Below, one piece after another: positions 47,217 to 57,362 of a DNA stretch of 64,000 nucleotides (position 1 is the stretch's first letter; each line of letters begins with the position of its first letter). This DNA is from Alphaproteobacteria bacterium (GTDB lineage Bacteria; Pseudomonadota; Alphaproteobacteria; JAAXGF01). The notes beneath the pieces were generated by a model. The model did not search any database, was not told the origin of the DNA, and worked only from the letters and a program-made list of their open reading frames with translations. The translations under genes and the position numbers were made by a program. The DNA lies in NCBI GenBank assembly GCA_963555825.3, contig CAUVXB020000001.1, forward strand, positions 1,024,001 through 1,088,000. The letters run 5' to 3'.

Positions 47217-47987
47217 GTGGACATCGACTTCGGCAAGACGGCCGCCGACTTCGGCGCCTATCGCGCGGGCTTTCCCGACGCACTCAACGACAGGCTCGCG
47301 GCCTTCGGCATCGGCGGGATGAGCCAGCGCATGCTCGACCTCGGCACCGGCACTGGCGCGCTCGGACGCGGCTTCGCCCTGCGTGGCTGCGCGGTCACCG
47401 GGCTCGACCCCTCGACATCGTTGATCGAGGAAGCCAAGCAACTCGATGCCGCGGCCGGTGTCGAGACGCGTTATATCGTCGGCAGTGCCGAGGACACCGG
47501 CGAGCCGACGGCGTGCTACGATATCGTCGGCGCCGGCCAATGCTGGCACTGGTTCGACCGGCCCCGGGCGGCCGTCGAGACGCGCCGGCTGCTGGTCCCC
47601 GGCGGCTGGCTGGTGATCGCGCATTTCGACTGGATTCCCCTGTCCGGCAACGTGGTCGACGCAACCGAAAAGCTGATCGAGACACACAATCCCGCGTGGC
47701 CTTACGGCGGCCTGCCCGGCATGCACCCCGCCTGGCTCGCCGACGCCGCCACCGCCGGCTTCCGCGATATCGAGACCTTCTCATTCGATTTGGACGTTTC
47801 CTACAGTCACGAGGCATGGCGCGGCCGCATCCGCGCCAGCGCCGGCATCGGCGCGAGCCTGGCGCCCGAGGCGGTCGCGCGTTTCGACGCCGAACACGCG
47901 GCCATGCTCGCGGAACGTTTCGCCGCCGACCCGCTCGCCGTGCCACACCGCACCTTCGCCGTCGTCTGCCGCACGCCCGCCGCGTAA
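47217..47987 (+). CDS. class I SAM-dependent methyltransferase
   Basis: IDFGKTAADFGAYRAGFP, LDLGTGTG, AGQCWHWFD; GTG start with GAGGGA RBS. Confidence 0.85.
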   Translation: MDIDFGKTAADFGAYRAGFPDALNDRLAAFGIGGMSQRMLDLGTGTGALGRGFALRGCAVTGLDPSTSLIEEAKQLDAAAGVETRYIVGSAEDTGEPTACYDIVGAGQCWHWFDRPRAAVETRRLLVPGGWLVIAHFDWIPLSGNVVDATEKLIETHNPAWPYGGLPGMHPAWLADAATAGFRDIETFSFDLDVSYSHEAWRGRIRASAGIGASLAPEAVARFDAEHAAMLAERFAADPLAVPHRTFAVVCRTPAA

Positions 47988-48061
47988 CCGTAGTCGCGTT
48001 TCACATGAAAAACACGACATATCATTTTGTTTTAACTCTGTTATCCTGAACGTGTCATACC

Positions 48062-50434
48062 GTGTCTGACTCACGTTGGCGGACCTTCAAGACGTGGGTT
48101 TTGCGCGGCGTCATACTCGTTTCTCTGCTCGCCGGTACCGCGCTCGCCGTCGGCTATTGGGTGTTGCGCAGCTCGTTGCCGAACCTCGAGGGGCGACACG
48201 CGGTGGCCGGCTTGGACAGTTCGATCGAGATCGTCCGTGGCGCCTTCGGCGTGCCCCATATCTTTGCCGGCACCGCCACAGACGCCTACTTCGGCCTCGG
48301 CTTCGCACACGCCCAGGACCGGCTATGGCAGATGGAGGTACAGCGTCGCGTCGGCGCCGGCCGCCTGTCCGAGGTGCTCGGCACGGCGACCCTCGATCTC
48401 GACAAGTTCTTTCGGACCCTGGGGCTGGTCCGCGCCGCCGCACAATCGCTCGCAGCGGTCGACGATGCGACACGCGCCGTACTCGGCGCCTACGCCGCCG
48501 GCGTCAACGCCTTCCTGGCAACGCGAAAGGGTCTTCTGCCGCCCGAATTCCTGATCCTGCGCGCGCCAGCGCCGGAACCGTGGTCGGCCGTCGATTCGAT
48601 CGTCGTGCTCAAGCTGATGACCTGGCAGCTGAGCATGAACTGGCGCGACGAGCTGCTGCGCGCCCGCCTCGCCGACCGACTCGCGCCCGATCGGATCGAC
48701 GAGCTTTGGCCGCCGTACCCGGCCGATGCACCGGCCACCCTGCTCGACCTTTCGACCACGATGCTCGATGCTCTGTGGACACGAACGCCGTCCGGCGCCG
48801 GCCCGGGCACCGGCTCGAACAACTGGGCGGTCGCCGGCGCGCGCAGTGCGAGCGGCAAGCCGTTGCTCGCCAACGACCCGCATCTGGGGCTCAGCGCGCC
48901 GGGGCCGCTCTATCTCGCGCATCTCTCGGCGCCCGGGTTCGATCTCGTCGGCGCCACCCTGCCGGGCCTGCCGAACATCGTGCTCGGCCACAACGGCCGC
49001 ATCGCCTGGAGCCTGACGACGACCGGCGCCGACACCCAGGACCTGTTCGTCGAGCGACCCGATCCGGCCGACCCGGCGCGCTATCTCATGCCCGACGGGC
49101 CGATGCCGTTCGAGGCCCGCCGCGAGGTCATCGCGGTGCGCGGCGCGGCCGACGTCGAGATCACGGTGCGCGAGAGCCGCCACGGGCCGATCGTCTCGGA
49201 CGTCATCGACGACGCCGGGAACGGCGAACCGCTGGCGCTGCGCTGGACCGCGCTCGACGCCGACGACACCTCGCCGCAAGGGCTCCTCAAGCTCGACGCC
49301 GCGCAAGACTGGGACGCCTTCCTCGACGCCACGCGCGACATCCACGCGCCACAGCAGAACGTCGTCTACGCCGACGTCGACGGCAATATCGGCTTCTACG
49401 CGCCGGCGCGGGTGCCGATCCGCAAGGCAGGCGACGGCAGCGTGCCGGTCCCCGGCTGGACCGGTGATCATGACTGGATCGGCTACATTCCGTTCGACGA
49501 ACTGCCGCACAGCTTGAACCCATCGCGCGGCGTCATCGTCACCGCCAACAACCGGATCGTGCCCGATGGCTACCCCTATCTGATCGCGCGCGACTGGGCG
49601 CCACCCTACCGCGCGCGCCGCATCGAGGAACTGATCGCCGGGCAGCCCCGGCACACGCCCGAGAGCTTCCGCGTCATCCAGGCCGATGTCGTCTCGCTGA
49701 TGGCGCGCGACATGCTGCCGCATCTGGCCTCGGCCGAGCCGGGCACGGCGGCCGGTCGCGAGATCCAAGGGCTGCTCGCCGGTTGGGACGGGACCATGGC
49801 CGCGGACCGACCCGAGCCGTTGATCTTCTGGGCGTGGTATCGGGAGCTGACACGGTTGGTCTACGCGGACGAACTCGGCGATCTGTTCGGCGGCGCCTGG
49901 GGACCACGGCCGTTGTTCCTGCGTTGGGTGCTCGGCGGCGGCGGTGCGCGTTGGTGCGACGATATTGGCACCGACACGGTCGAGAGCTGCGCCGCGCGGG
50001 CCGCCACGGCCCTCGATAGCGCCGCCGCCGATCTCGCCGCGCAATACGGCGACGATCCGGCGGCGTGGCGTTGGGGCGATGCGCATGCCGCCGACCACGG
50101 CCACCCGGTGTTCCGCAATCGCGCGCTGCTCGGCGCACTGTTCGGCTACCGCCAAGGCAACGGCGGCGATCACTACACGATCAACGCGGCGGGCTTCACG
50201 CTCGGCAATGAATCCGCGCCCTTCACGCAGGTCCACGGTCCGGCGTTCCGGGCGATTTACGATCTCGCCGATCTCGAACGCTCGCTGTTCGTGCCGAGCA
50301 CGGGGCAGTCGGGCCATCCCCTGTCGCCGCACTACCGCGACACCGCCGAGCGCTGGCTGGCGCACCGGCCCTTCGCGATTCCAACCAGCCGCGAGGCAAT
50401 CGAGGGTCCACGCATCGTACTAACACCGCGTTGA
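48062..50434 (+). CDS. penicillin acylase family (S45) Ntn-hydrolase, membrane-anchored
   Basis: N-terminal TM segment, GVPHIFA, AQDRLWQME, GSNNW catalytic Ser, LLANDPHL, TANN, GQSGHP. Confidence 0.92.
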   Translation: MSDSRWRTFKTWVLRGVILVSLLAGTALAVGYWVLRSSLPNLEGRHAVAGLDSSIEIVRGAFGVPHIFAGTATDAYFGLGFAHAQDRLWQMEVQRRVGAGRLSEVLGTATLDLDKFFRTLGLVRAAAQSLAAVDDATRAVLGAYAAGVNAFLATRKGLLPPEFLILRAPAPEPWSAVDSIVVLKLMTWQLSMNWRDELLRARLADRLAPDRIDELWPPYPADAPATLLDLSTTMLDALWTRTPSGAGPGTGSNNWAVAGARSASGKPLLANDPHLGLSAPGPLYLAHLSAPGFDLVGATLPGLPNIVLGHNGRIAWSLTTTGADTQDLFVERPDPADPARYLMPDGPMPFEARREVIAVRGAADVEITVRESRHGPIVSDVIDDAGNGEPLALRWTALDADDTSPQGLLKLDAAQDWDAFLDATRDIHAPQQNVVYADVDGNIGFYAPARVPIRKAGDGSVPVPGWTGDHDWIGYIPFDELPHSLNPSRGVIVTANNRIVPDGYPYLIARDWAPPYRARRIEELIAGQPRHTPESFRVIQADVVSLMARDMLPHLASAEPGTAAGREIQGLLAGWDGTMAADRPEPLIFWAWYRELTRLVYADELGDLFGGAWGPRPLFLRWVLGGGGARWCDDIGTDTVESCAARAATALDSAAADLAAQYGDDPAAWRWGDAHAADHGHPVFRNRALLGALFGYRQGNGGDHYTINAAGFTLGNESAPFTQVHGPAFRAIYDLADLERSLFVPSTGQSGHPLSPHYRDTAERWLAHRPFAIPTSREAIEGPRIVLTPR

Positions 50435-50503
50435 GACGGAGGCGCGTGCCGGCGCTGGCGATTTCGCCTATTCTCGAACGAGTTGGATGCAAGGGAGATC
50501 GTC

Positions 50504-51269
50504 ATGGACTTTACTGGTAAGCGTGTTCTCGTCACCGGCGGCACGCGGGGTATCGGCCGCGCCACCGTCGAGGGTTTCCTCGCGGCGGGCGCGCACGTGG
50601 CGGTCAATGGCTCGACGGCCGAGACGGCCGGGCGCGCCGTCGCCGAGCTCGACGCCGGCGACAACGCCTTCGCCGTGCCGGGCAACATCGGCACGGTCGC
50701 CGGCTGCCGCGCGACCGTCGCCGCGGCGATCGAGGGCCTCGGCGGGCTCGACGTGCTGGTCAACAACGCCGGCGCCGCCGAGGGCCGGGCGCTCGCCGAT
50801 TGTGACGAAGCGCAGTGGGACCGGATCGTCGATACCAACTTGAAGGGCACCTTCTTCAGCATCCAGGCGGCGGCGCCGGCGCTCAAGGAAGCGCGCGGCT
50901 GCATCGTCAACATCGGCTCGATCCTTGGCGTCCGCGGCAGCGGCCACTTCAGTTCGATCTATTGCGCCTCGAAGGGCGGCGTGGTGAACCTGACGCGCGA
51001 TCTCGCCATCGAGCTCGGCCCCGAGATCCGCGTCAACTGCCTGTGCCCCGGCGCGATCGACACCGATGCTGCAGGGCCTCGCCGCCCGACTCGGCGACGG
51101 CGATATCGAGAAAGGCTACGACGCGGCTCTGAGCGCCAAGGCGCCCTTGCGCCGGGTCGCGAGGCCGCAAGAAATGGCCAACGCCGTACTCTACCTCGCC
51201 TCGGATATGGCGAGCTTCGTCACCGGCTCGATCCACCTCGCCGACGCGGGCATGTCGGCCGGCACCTGA
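50504..51269 (+). pseudogene. SDR oxidoreductase with a frameshift near 51066
   Basis: Frame 1 runs TGGTRGIG, NNAG, YCASK to PGAIDTD; the C-terminus MLQG...PLRRVARPQEMANAVLYLAS...FVTG is in another frame. Confidence 0.8.
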
Positions 51270-51397
51270 GTCGGCATTTCGGGCGCTGTGAACGAGTTGC
51301 TCGACGTCGCGGCCGTCTACCCGAGCAATCTACCCGTTCGATTGGGATCCCGATATGATCACCGCTTGACCGGCCACGCGCCTTAGGAAGACCGACG

Positions 51398-52210
51398 ATG
51401 GAACTCTTCAAGTTCTCCCCGGGCACGACGCCCTTGCTGGTCAGCATGCCGCATTGCGGCACCCATGTGCCCGACGCAATCGCCGGGCGCTTCACGCCGG
51501 TCGCGCACTCGCTGACCGACACCGATTGGCACGTCGACCGGCTTTACGACTTCGCCGCCGACTTGGGCGCCGGCGTGCTCGCCGCGACCCATTCGCGCTA
51601 CGTCATCGACCTCAACCGGCCGGCAGACGATCAGCCGCTCTATCCGGGCGCCGCGGGCACCGGCCTGTGCCCGGCGACGACGTTTGCGGGCGAGCCGCTC
51701 TACCAAGCCGGCGCCGGGCCCGACGAAGCCGAGAAGGCGCGGCGGCTGGAAACCTACTGGCGGCCCTATCACGAGCGGCTCGCCGCCGAACTCGCCCGGC
51801 TCAAGGCCGAACACGGCGTGGCGCTGCTCTACGAGGCGCATTCGATCCGCTCCGAGGTGCCGCGCCTGTTCGACGGCCGCCTGCCCGATCTCAACCTGGG
51901 CAGCGCCGACGGCGCTTCGCTCGACGCCGGCCTCGCGTCGCGGCTGGAAGCCGTGTGCGCGGCGGCCGACGGTTTCACCTGGGTGCACAACGGCCGCTTC
52001 AAGGGCGGCTACACGACGCGCGCCTACGGCGACCCGGCGAACGGCGTGCACGCCGTGCAGATGGAACAGTCGCAGATCACTTACATGGTCGAGGAACCGC
52101 CGTTCGACTATCTGGCCGAGCACGCCGAGCTGGTCCGCCCGACACTGCGCGCGCTGTTGGCCGAGATGCTCGACTGGGCGGCGTCACGACAGGGAGATGA
52201 AAATGGCTGA
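51398..52210 (+). CDS. hutG: N-formylglutamate deformylase
   Basis: LVSMPHCGT, DTDWHV, SRYVIDLNR, HSIRS, NGRFKGG, HAVQME. Confidence 0.9.
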   Translation: MELFKFSPGTTPLLVSMPHCGTHVPDAIAGRFTPVAHSLTDTDWHVDRLYDFAADLGAGVLAATHSRYVIDLNRPADDQPLYPGAAGTGLCPATTFAGEPLYQAGAGPDEAEKARRLETYWRPYHERLAAELARLKAEHGVALLYEAHSIRSEVPRLFDGRLPDLNLGSADGASLDAGLASRLEAVCAAADGFTWVHNGRFKGGYTTRAYGDPANGVHAVQMEQSQITYMVEEPPFDYLAEHAELVRPTLRALLAEMLDWAASRQGDENG

Positions 52211-52646
52211 AACACACGAAGGCGGCTGCGCCTGCGGCGCGGTGCGCTATCGGACGACCGCTGAACCGGTTCGCGTCGCGGCCTGCGCCTGCACCTGGTG
52301 CCAGAAGCGCACCGGCAGCGCGTTCGGCATCTCGGTGTATTTCAACGACGCCGAGGTCGAGTTTCTGCAAGGCTCGCTCCGCAAGCACCGCCTCGCCTCG
52401 GATGCCGGGCGCTGGTTGGAGAGCCAATTCTGCGAGGCCTGCGGCACGACCGTCACCTGGACCCTCGAGTTGCGCCCGGGATGGACCGGCATCGCCGGCG
52501 GCACCTTCGATCAGCCGACCTTCTGGTACGACCTCGAAGCCGTCGTCTTCGCGCGCTCGATGCCCGACTGGATGGTCATACCGGACGGCCTCGACGTCCA
52601 CGACACCATGCCCGGGCGCCCGTCGGTGACGGGGTCGGGCGAATAG
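52203..52646 (+). CDS. GFA (CENP-V/Mss4-like Zn) family protein
   Basis: GGCACGAVRY, CACTWCQK, FCEACGT. Confidence 0.88.
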   Translation: MAETHEGGCACGAVRYRTTAEPVRVAACACTWCQKRTGSAFGISVYFNDAEVEFLQGSLRKHRLASDAGRWLESQFCEACGTTVTWTLELRPGWTGIAGGTFDQPTFWYDLEAVVFARSMPDWMVIPDGLDVHDTMPGRPSVTGSGE

Positions 52647-52656
52647 CGCGCGGGCC

Positions 52657-54057
52657 TCAGACGCCCCGTTTCGCTTTCGTGACCATGCCGGCCGGCCCCT
52701 GGCTGGCGAACCAGCGTGTCACCGGGTCGGCCACGCGGCCCTGCTGCTGAAGGCGATCGACGCGATCGACCGCGCGGCGCACCAACGCACCGCCGACATA
52801 GCGTATCGGCTCGGGCGGGAAGTCGGGCGCCGGCCGCCGGACCAAGCCACTCGACGACCACTCGTCGTCGTGCTCCAGGACGAGCGAGGCCAGCACCTTG
52901 CCCATCAGCCGGCTGGGCCCGACGCCGTTGCCGGAAAAGCCGACGCAGAAGAATATGTTGGCGCAACCGGGCAGCGGACCGGCCATCGGCACGCCGGTCC
53001 AGTTGCGATCGATCGGGCCACACCAGCTGTGCTCGATCTCGACGTCGGCGAGCGCCGGGATACCCTGGGCCAGGTTCTCGCGCATCGCGCCCAGGCGGTG
53101 GGCGTGGCCTTCGAAGAAGTCGCCGACCCGGCCGGCGAACGCCAACCCGCCGCCGCCCTTGCCGAACTCGACGCGGCCATCGCTGGTCGGCCGATAATTC
53201 GCGATCATTACCCGGCTGTCGGTCGTGCCGGGTCCGTCGGCGAAGCCGAGATCGGCGAGCCGTTCGGGCATCGGCGGCGTGATCGCGGCTTCGGCGGCGG
53301 TGACGACGAAGGCGCGCCGCAGCTCGGGCAGCGCGGCGGCCCAGGCGTTCATGGCGATGACGACCTTGTCGGCGGTGACGACACCTTTGTCGGTGACGAC
53401 GCGGGCGGGACTTCGGCGCTCCAGCCGGGTCATCGGGCTGCTCTCGAAAATGCGCACGCCGTTCTCGAGCGCGACCCGGCGCAGGCCGCGCACCAGTTTG
53501 GCGGGTTGAACGAGCATGCAGCTCGGCTCCAGGACGCCATCGACGTGGCCCTCGATGCCCCAGCGGTCGGCGATCTCGCGGCCGGTCAGCCACTCGAACG
53601 GCGTGAGCTGGTGGCGCGCCAGCGTCGCGAGCACGTCGTCGAAGCCCTCGGCCTGGCCGCTACACGTCGCGCCCCACAGCCAGCCGGGCCGCCGCAGCGC
53701 GGCATCGATTGCGTGTCGTTCGCAGAACGCCGCGATCTCGCCGACCGCGTCGGCCGCCGCACCGGCGACGCGCACCGCTTCATCGCTCGGCATCATCTCC
53801 AGGAGCGTCGGAAACTTGGCCCACAGGTTGATGATGTAGCCGGCGTTCCGGCCGCTCGCGCCGCCGCCGCAGATGTCGCGCTCGATCACGACGACATCGC
53901 GTGATGGTTCTCTCTCCTTGATGGTCAACGCGGTCCACAGGCCGCAGAAGCCGCCGCCGACGATGACGACGTCGGCGCGTTCCTCGCCGGCCAGCGCGGG
54001 GGCCACCGCCGTGTCGGTGGCGAGGGCCTGCTTCAGCCAATGACTGCGCACATGCAC
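52657..54057 (-). CDS. FAD-dependent oxidoreductase (DadA/PuuB-like)
   Basis: VVIVGGGFCGLW, GASGRNAG, VQPAKL, GFSGNGVG. Confidence 0.88.
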   Translation of the reverse strand: MHVRSHWLKQALATDTAVAPALAGEERADVVIVGGGFCGLWTALTIKEREPSRDVVVIERDICGGGASGRNAGYIINLWAKFPTLLEMMPSDEAVRVAGAAADAVGEIAAFCERHAIDAALRRPGWLWGATCSGQAEGFDDVLATLARHQLTPFEWLTGREIADRWGIEGHVDGVLEPSCMLVQPAKLVRGLRRVALENGVRIFESSPMTRLERRSPARVVTDKGVVTADKVVIAMNAWAAALPELRRAFVVTAAEAAITPPMPERLADLGFADGPGTTDSRVMIANYRPTSDGRVEFGKGGGGLAFAGRVGDFFEGHAHRLGAMRENLAQGIPALADVEIEHSWCGPIDRNWTGVPMAGPLPGCANIFFCVGFSGNGVGPSRLMGKVLASLVLEHDDEWSSSGLVRRPAPDFPPEPIRYVGGALVRRAVDRVDRLQQQGRVADPVTRWFASQGPAGMVTKAKRGV

Positions 54058-54208
54058 CGTTCAGCCCCTACAACACTGATCCTTGGGTTTAAGGCTTGGT
54101 TCGGCACGCCGGTGGTCGACAAGCCGTGGCCCTGCGTTCTATCGCTTCAAGCCGTGCATCGGCATTCGGATGGTTCTACGCCGCGACCCCGAACCGATCT
54201 GACCCGGA

Positions 54209-54637
54209 TCACTCCGCTACCGCGTCACCGGAGCCACCGAGTTCCGCGGGAAAATCTTTCAGTTTGGGGCGACCGTCCTTCATCGGCAGAACCGTCTCTG
54301 CATAATTCACGTGAACAGCAGGCTCGAACTTCAAACTTGGCAAAATCGCGGCATAGACATCTATCAGGCCCCAATGCGGATGAACGGTCATGATGTGGCC
54401 GCCGCATTTCGTGCAGTAATGCCGCTCGCTGCGTTCGGTTTTGCCGTGTGTGCCGACATGATCGGCGCCCTTCGCGATCCGTACGGAGCCAGTCTGCCAT
54501 AACGTGAAGGCATTCACGGGTCCCGCCGACCAGGAACGGCAGGATTCACAGTGGCAATAGCCCATGGCTTCCGGCGCACCGGACACCTCGACCTCGACGG
54601 CCCCACAGAAGCAGTTTCCCTTATGATGATCGCTCAT
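54209..54637 (-). CDS. GFA family protein
   Basis: GNCFCGAV, CHCESCR, YCTKCGGH, GRPKLKDFP. Confidence 0.88.
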   Translation of the reverse strand: MSDHHKGNCFCGAVEVEVSGAPEAMGYCHCESCRSWSAGPVNAFTLWQTGSVRIAKGADHVGTHGKTERSERHYCTKCGGHIMTVHPHWGLIDVYAAILPSLKFEPAVHVNYAETVLPMKDGRPKLKDFPAELGGSGDAVAE

Positions 54638-54759
54638 TGAAGTACCCCCTTAATTGGAAATTTCGTGATTAACTCGCTAGCTAGGACCTCTAGATTAACC
54701 AGACGGCGCAATCTTAACCATGTTAAGCGCGCGGCCGTCGAGAACAAGCCGACAATCGA

Positions 54760-54880
54760 GCCCGACGCCGACATCGCGCCAATCGCCGTAATGCCGCGAA
54801 GCTCGCCGCCGGGGCCAACCGCGGGTACAATCGTGGCCCCGGCTCGCCATGGCGTCGCGGAATTCTCGCTGGTCGATGAC
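54760..54880 (-). pseudogene. degraded 5' fragment of a flavin reductase (DIM6/NTAB family)
   Basis: VIDQREFRDAMA in one frame, then AGATIVPAVGPGGELRGITAIGAMSAS in another. Confidence 0.6.
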
Positions 54881-55005
54881 CTGTCCTCGCAGGTCTTCGA
54901 TCACGCGGAGTTAACGCGCGATCTCCGGCGCCGGCAACCGTGCCAAGCATTGCCCCGGCGGCGATTTGGTCCCAGATTACACGCAGTCAACCGCGTCAGG
55001 CGCCA

Positions 55006-55506
55006 ATGGAACCGACACCGCAGAATTCCGAGATCGTCCCCGCCCGGGAGCCGGGCGCGCCGTGGCTCGACCATCTCGCCTACCCCGAGACCTATGGTGG
55101 CGTGACGATGCGGCGGCTCCTGGCCTATCTGGTCGACCTTTTGGTCATCGCGCCAACGGTTGCGGTCGTCGCGGTAATCTTCTGGATGCTCGGCGTCCTC
55201 ACCTTCGGCCTGCTGATGCCGCTTCTGGGCGTCATGCTGTTGGCCGTGCCCTTCTGCTACCACACGCTATTAATCGGCGGCACGGAATCGGCGACCTTCG
55301 GCATGCGCCTTTTCGGTCTGCAGGTGCGCCGCCTCGACGGTGGCCGCCCCGACCATATTCTGGCGGCGCTGCTGACCGCCGCGTTCTACATTTCGGTCGC
55401 GTTTACAGGCTGGCTGATCCTGCTCGTCGTCCTGTTCAACATGCGCGGCCGAGCGCTGCATGATTTCCTGTGCGGCACCGTCGTGATCAACGCGCGGGTA
55501 AGATGA
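55006..55506 (+). CDS. RDD family membrane protein
   Basis: RRLLAYLVD, ATFGMRLFGL, RALHDFLCGTVV. Confidence 0.9.
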   Translation: MEPTPQNSEIVPAREPGAPWLDHLAYPETYGGVTMRRLLAYLVDLLVIAPTVAVVAVIFWMLGVLTFGLLMPLLGVMLLAVPFCYHTLLIGGTESATFGMRLFGLQVRRLDGGRPDHILAALLTAAFYISVAFTGWLILLVVLFNMRGRALHDFLCGTVVINARVR

Positions 55507-55510
55507 CGGC

Positions 55511-57328
55511 ATGGAAGCGGTGATCTTCACGCCTCACATGGCGCTCGCTTACGGTGTCATCCTCGTCGCTCTCGTGCTCTATATGCGCGAGCGGGTGCCG
55601 ATGGAGCTGACGTCGCTCGGTATCGTCGCGGCGTTCATGATCCTCTTCCATCTGTTCCCGGTGGTGGGCAGCGACGGCGCCAACCGGCTCGACGCGACGC
55701 GCCTGCTCGAGGGCTTCGCCAACCCGGCGCTGGTCGCCGTCCTGTCGTTGCTGATCATCGGCGAAGGTCTCGTGCGGACCGGCATTCTCGACCGCGCGTC
55801 GCAGATCATCTTTCGCGTCGGACGTCGCAGCCTCTTGTCGATCGGACTGGTGCTCATCGTCGTCGCGACGGTCAGCGGCTTTCTGAACAACATCCCGGTC
55901 GTCGTCATCTTCATCCCGATCATGCAGGCGCTCGCCGAGCGACTGCGCCAGCCGACCGGCGGCCTGATGATGCCGCTGAGCTTCGCCGCCATCCTCGGCG
56001 GCATGACGACGCTGATCGGCTCGAGCACCAACCTGTTGGTCTCCAGCGCCCTGGTCGAAGCCGGCGAGGCGCCCTTCGCCTTCTTCGACTTCACCGTGCC
56101 CGGCCTAGTCATGGCCAGCGTCGGACTGGTCTACGTGATGGGCATCGCGCCCCGCATCCTGCCCCATCGCGAAGGCCCCATCACACCGTCGGCCGAGGGC
56201 GCCGGCCGTCAGTTCATCGCGCAGATTACGGTATCTGAAAACTCGGCCCTGGTTGGCACCGGCCCGGTCGCCGGCATCTTCCCCAAAATGCCGGCGATGA
56301 CCCTGCGCATGATCCAGCGCGACGGCGAGATCATTCTGCCGCCCTTCGAGGACATCGTCATGCAGCCGGGCGACGCGATTGTCGTCGCCGCGACGCGCAA
56401 GACCCTGACCGAGGCACTGACCGGCGATCCGGGCCTGCTGGGCGCCGCCAACGAGGCGCGCCTGCCAGGCAACCAGACGCTCGCCGAGGCGATGGTGACG
56501 CCGTCGTCGCGGCTGATTGGCCAGACGCTCGGCGAGGCACATTTTCCGGACGCCCACCACTGCGCCGTGCTCGGCATCCGGCGCCGCTCGCGCATGATCC
56601 GCGCGCAGATCACCGACATCCACGTCGAGGCGGGCGACGTGCTGCTCGTCCTCGGCCGGAGTGCCGACGTGCGTATGTTGCGCAGCGACCCCGAAGTCTT
56701 GCTGATGGAATGGTCGGCGACCGACTTGCCGACGCCCTATTACGGCGTGCGCGCGATGCTCATCTTCCTGGGCGTCGTCGCCTGCGCCGCCAGCGGGCTG
56801 CTGCCGATCGCCGTCGCCGCGGTATGCGGCGCCGGCCTGATGGTGGCGACCGGCGTGCTGAGTATACGCGAGGCGACCCACGCGCTCGACCGCCAGATCA
56901 TCATGATGATCGGCACCGCGTTGGCGATGGGCGCCGCGTTGCAGGAGACCGGCGGCGCGGCGTTTCTGGCGCATATTTTGATCGAGGTCATGGGTGATGC
57001 TAGTCCCATGGCGGTGCTGTCGGCTTTCTTCCTGCTTGTCGCGCTCCTGTCGAACGTCATCAGCACCAAGGCCTGCGCCGTCCTGTTCACGCCGATCGCG
57101 GTCGATCTGGCGCGCAGCCTGGGTGTCGACCCCATCGCCTTCGCGGTCGCCGTGGTGTTCGCGGCCAACTGTTCCTTCGCCTCGCCGATCGGCTATCAGA
57201 CCAATCTTCTCGTGATGACGCCCGGCCAGTACCGCTTCACCGACTTCATCCGCGCCGGCACGCCGTTGATTTTTATCGTCTGGCTGGCGTTTTCGTTCTT
57301 CGCGCCGTGGTATTATGGGATATCTTGA
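55511..57328 (+). CDS. SLC13/DASS permease with TrkA-C domains
   Basis: FLNNIPVV, GGMTTLIGSSTNL, two TrkA-C-like segments, SPIGYQTN. Confidence 0.9.
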   Translation: MEAVIFTPHMALAYGVILVALVLYMRERVPMELTSLGIVAAFMILFHLFPVVGSDGANRLDATRLLEGFANPALVAVLSLLIIGEGLVRTGILDRASQIIFRVGRRSLLSIGLVLIVVATVSGFLNNIPVVVIFIPIMQALAERLRQPTGGLMMPLSFAAILGGMTTLIGSSTNLLVSSALVEAGEAPFAFFDFTVPGLVMASVGLVYVMGIAPRILPHREGPITPSAEGAGRQFIAQITVSENSALVGTGPVAGIFPKMPAMTLRMIQRDGEIILPPFEDIVMQPGDAIVVAATRKTLTEALTGDPGLLGAANEARLPGNQTLAEAMVTPSSRLIGQTLGEAHFPDAHHCAVLGIRRRSRMIRAQITDIHVEAGDVLLVLGRSADVRMLRSDPEVLLMEWSATDLPTPYYGVRAMLIFLGVVACAASGLLPIAVAAVCGAGLMVATGVLSIREATHALDRQIIMMIGTALAMGAALQETGGAAFLAHILIEVMGDASPMAVLSAFFLLVALLSNVISTKACAVLFTPIAVDLARSLGVDPIAFAVAVVFAANCSFASPIGYQTNLLVMTPGQYRFTDFIRAGTPLIFIVWLAFSFFAPWYYGIS

Positions 57329-57362
57329 TGCTGCGACCGATTCTCAGATCACGCTCGATGTA

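Noticed and set aside
51316-51338. TCTACCCG direct repeat upstream of hutG
   Set aside because: Only 8 bp repeated twice and not a HutC-type palindrome; could be chance
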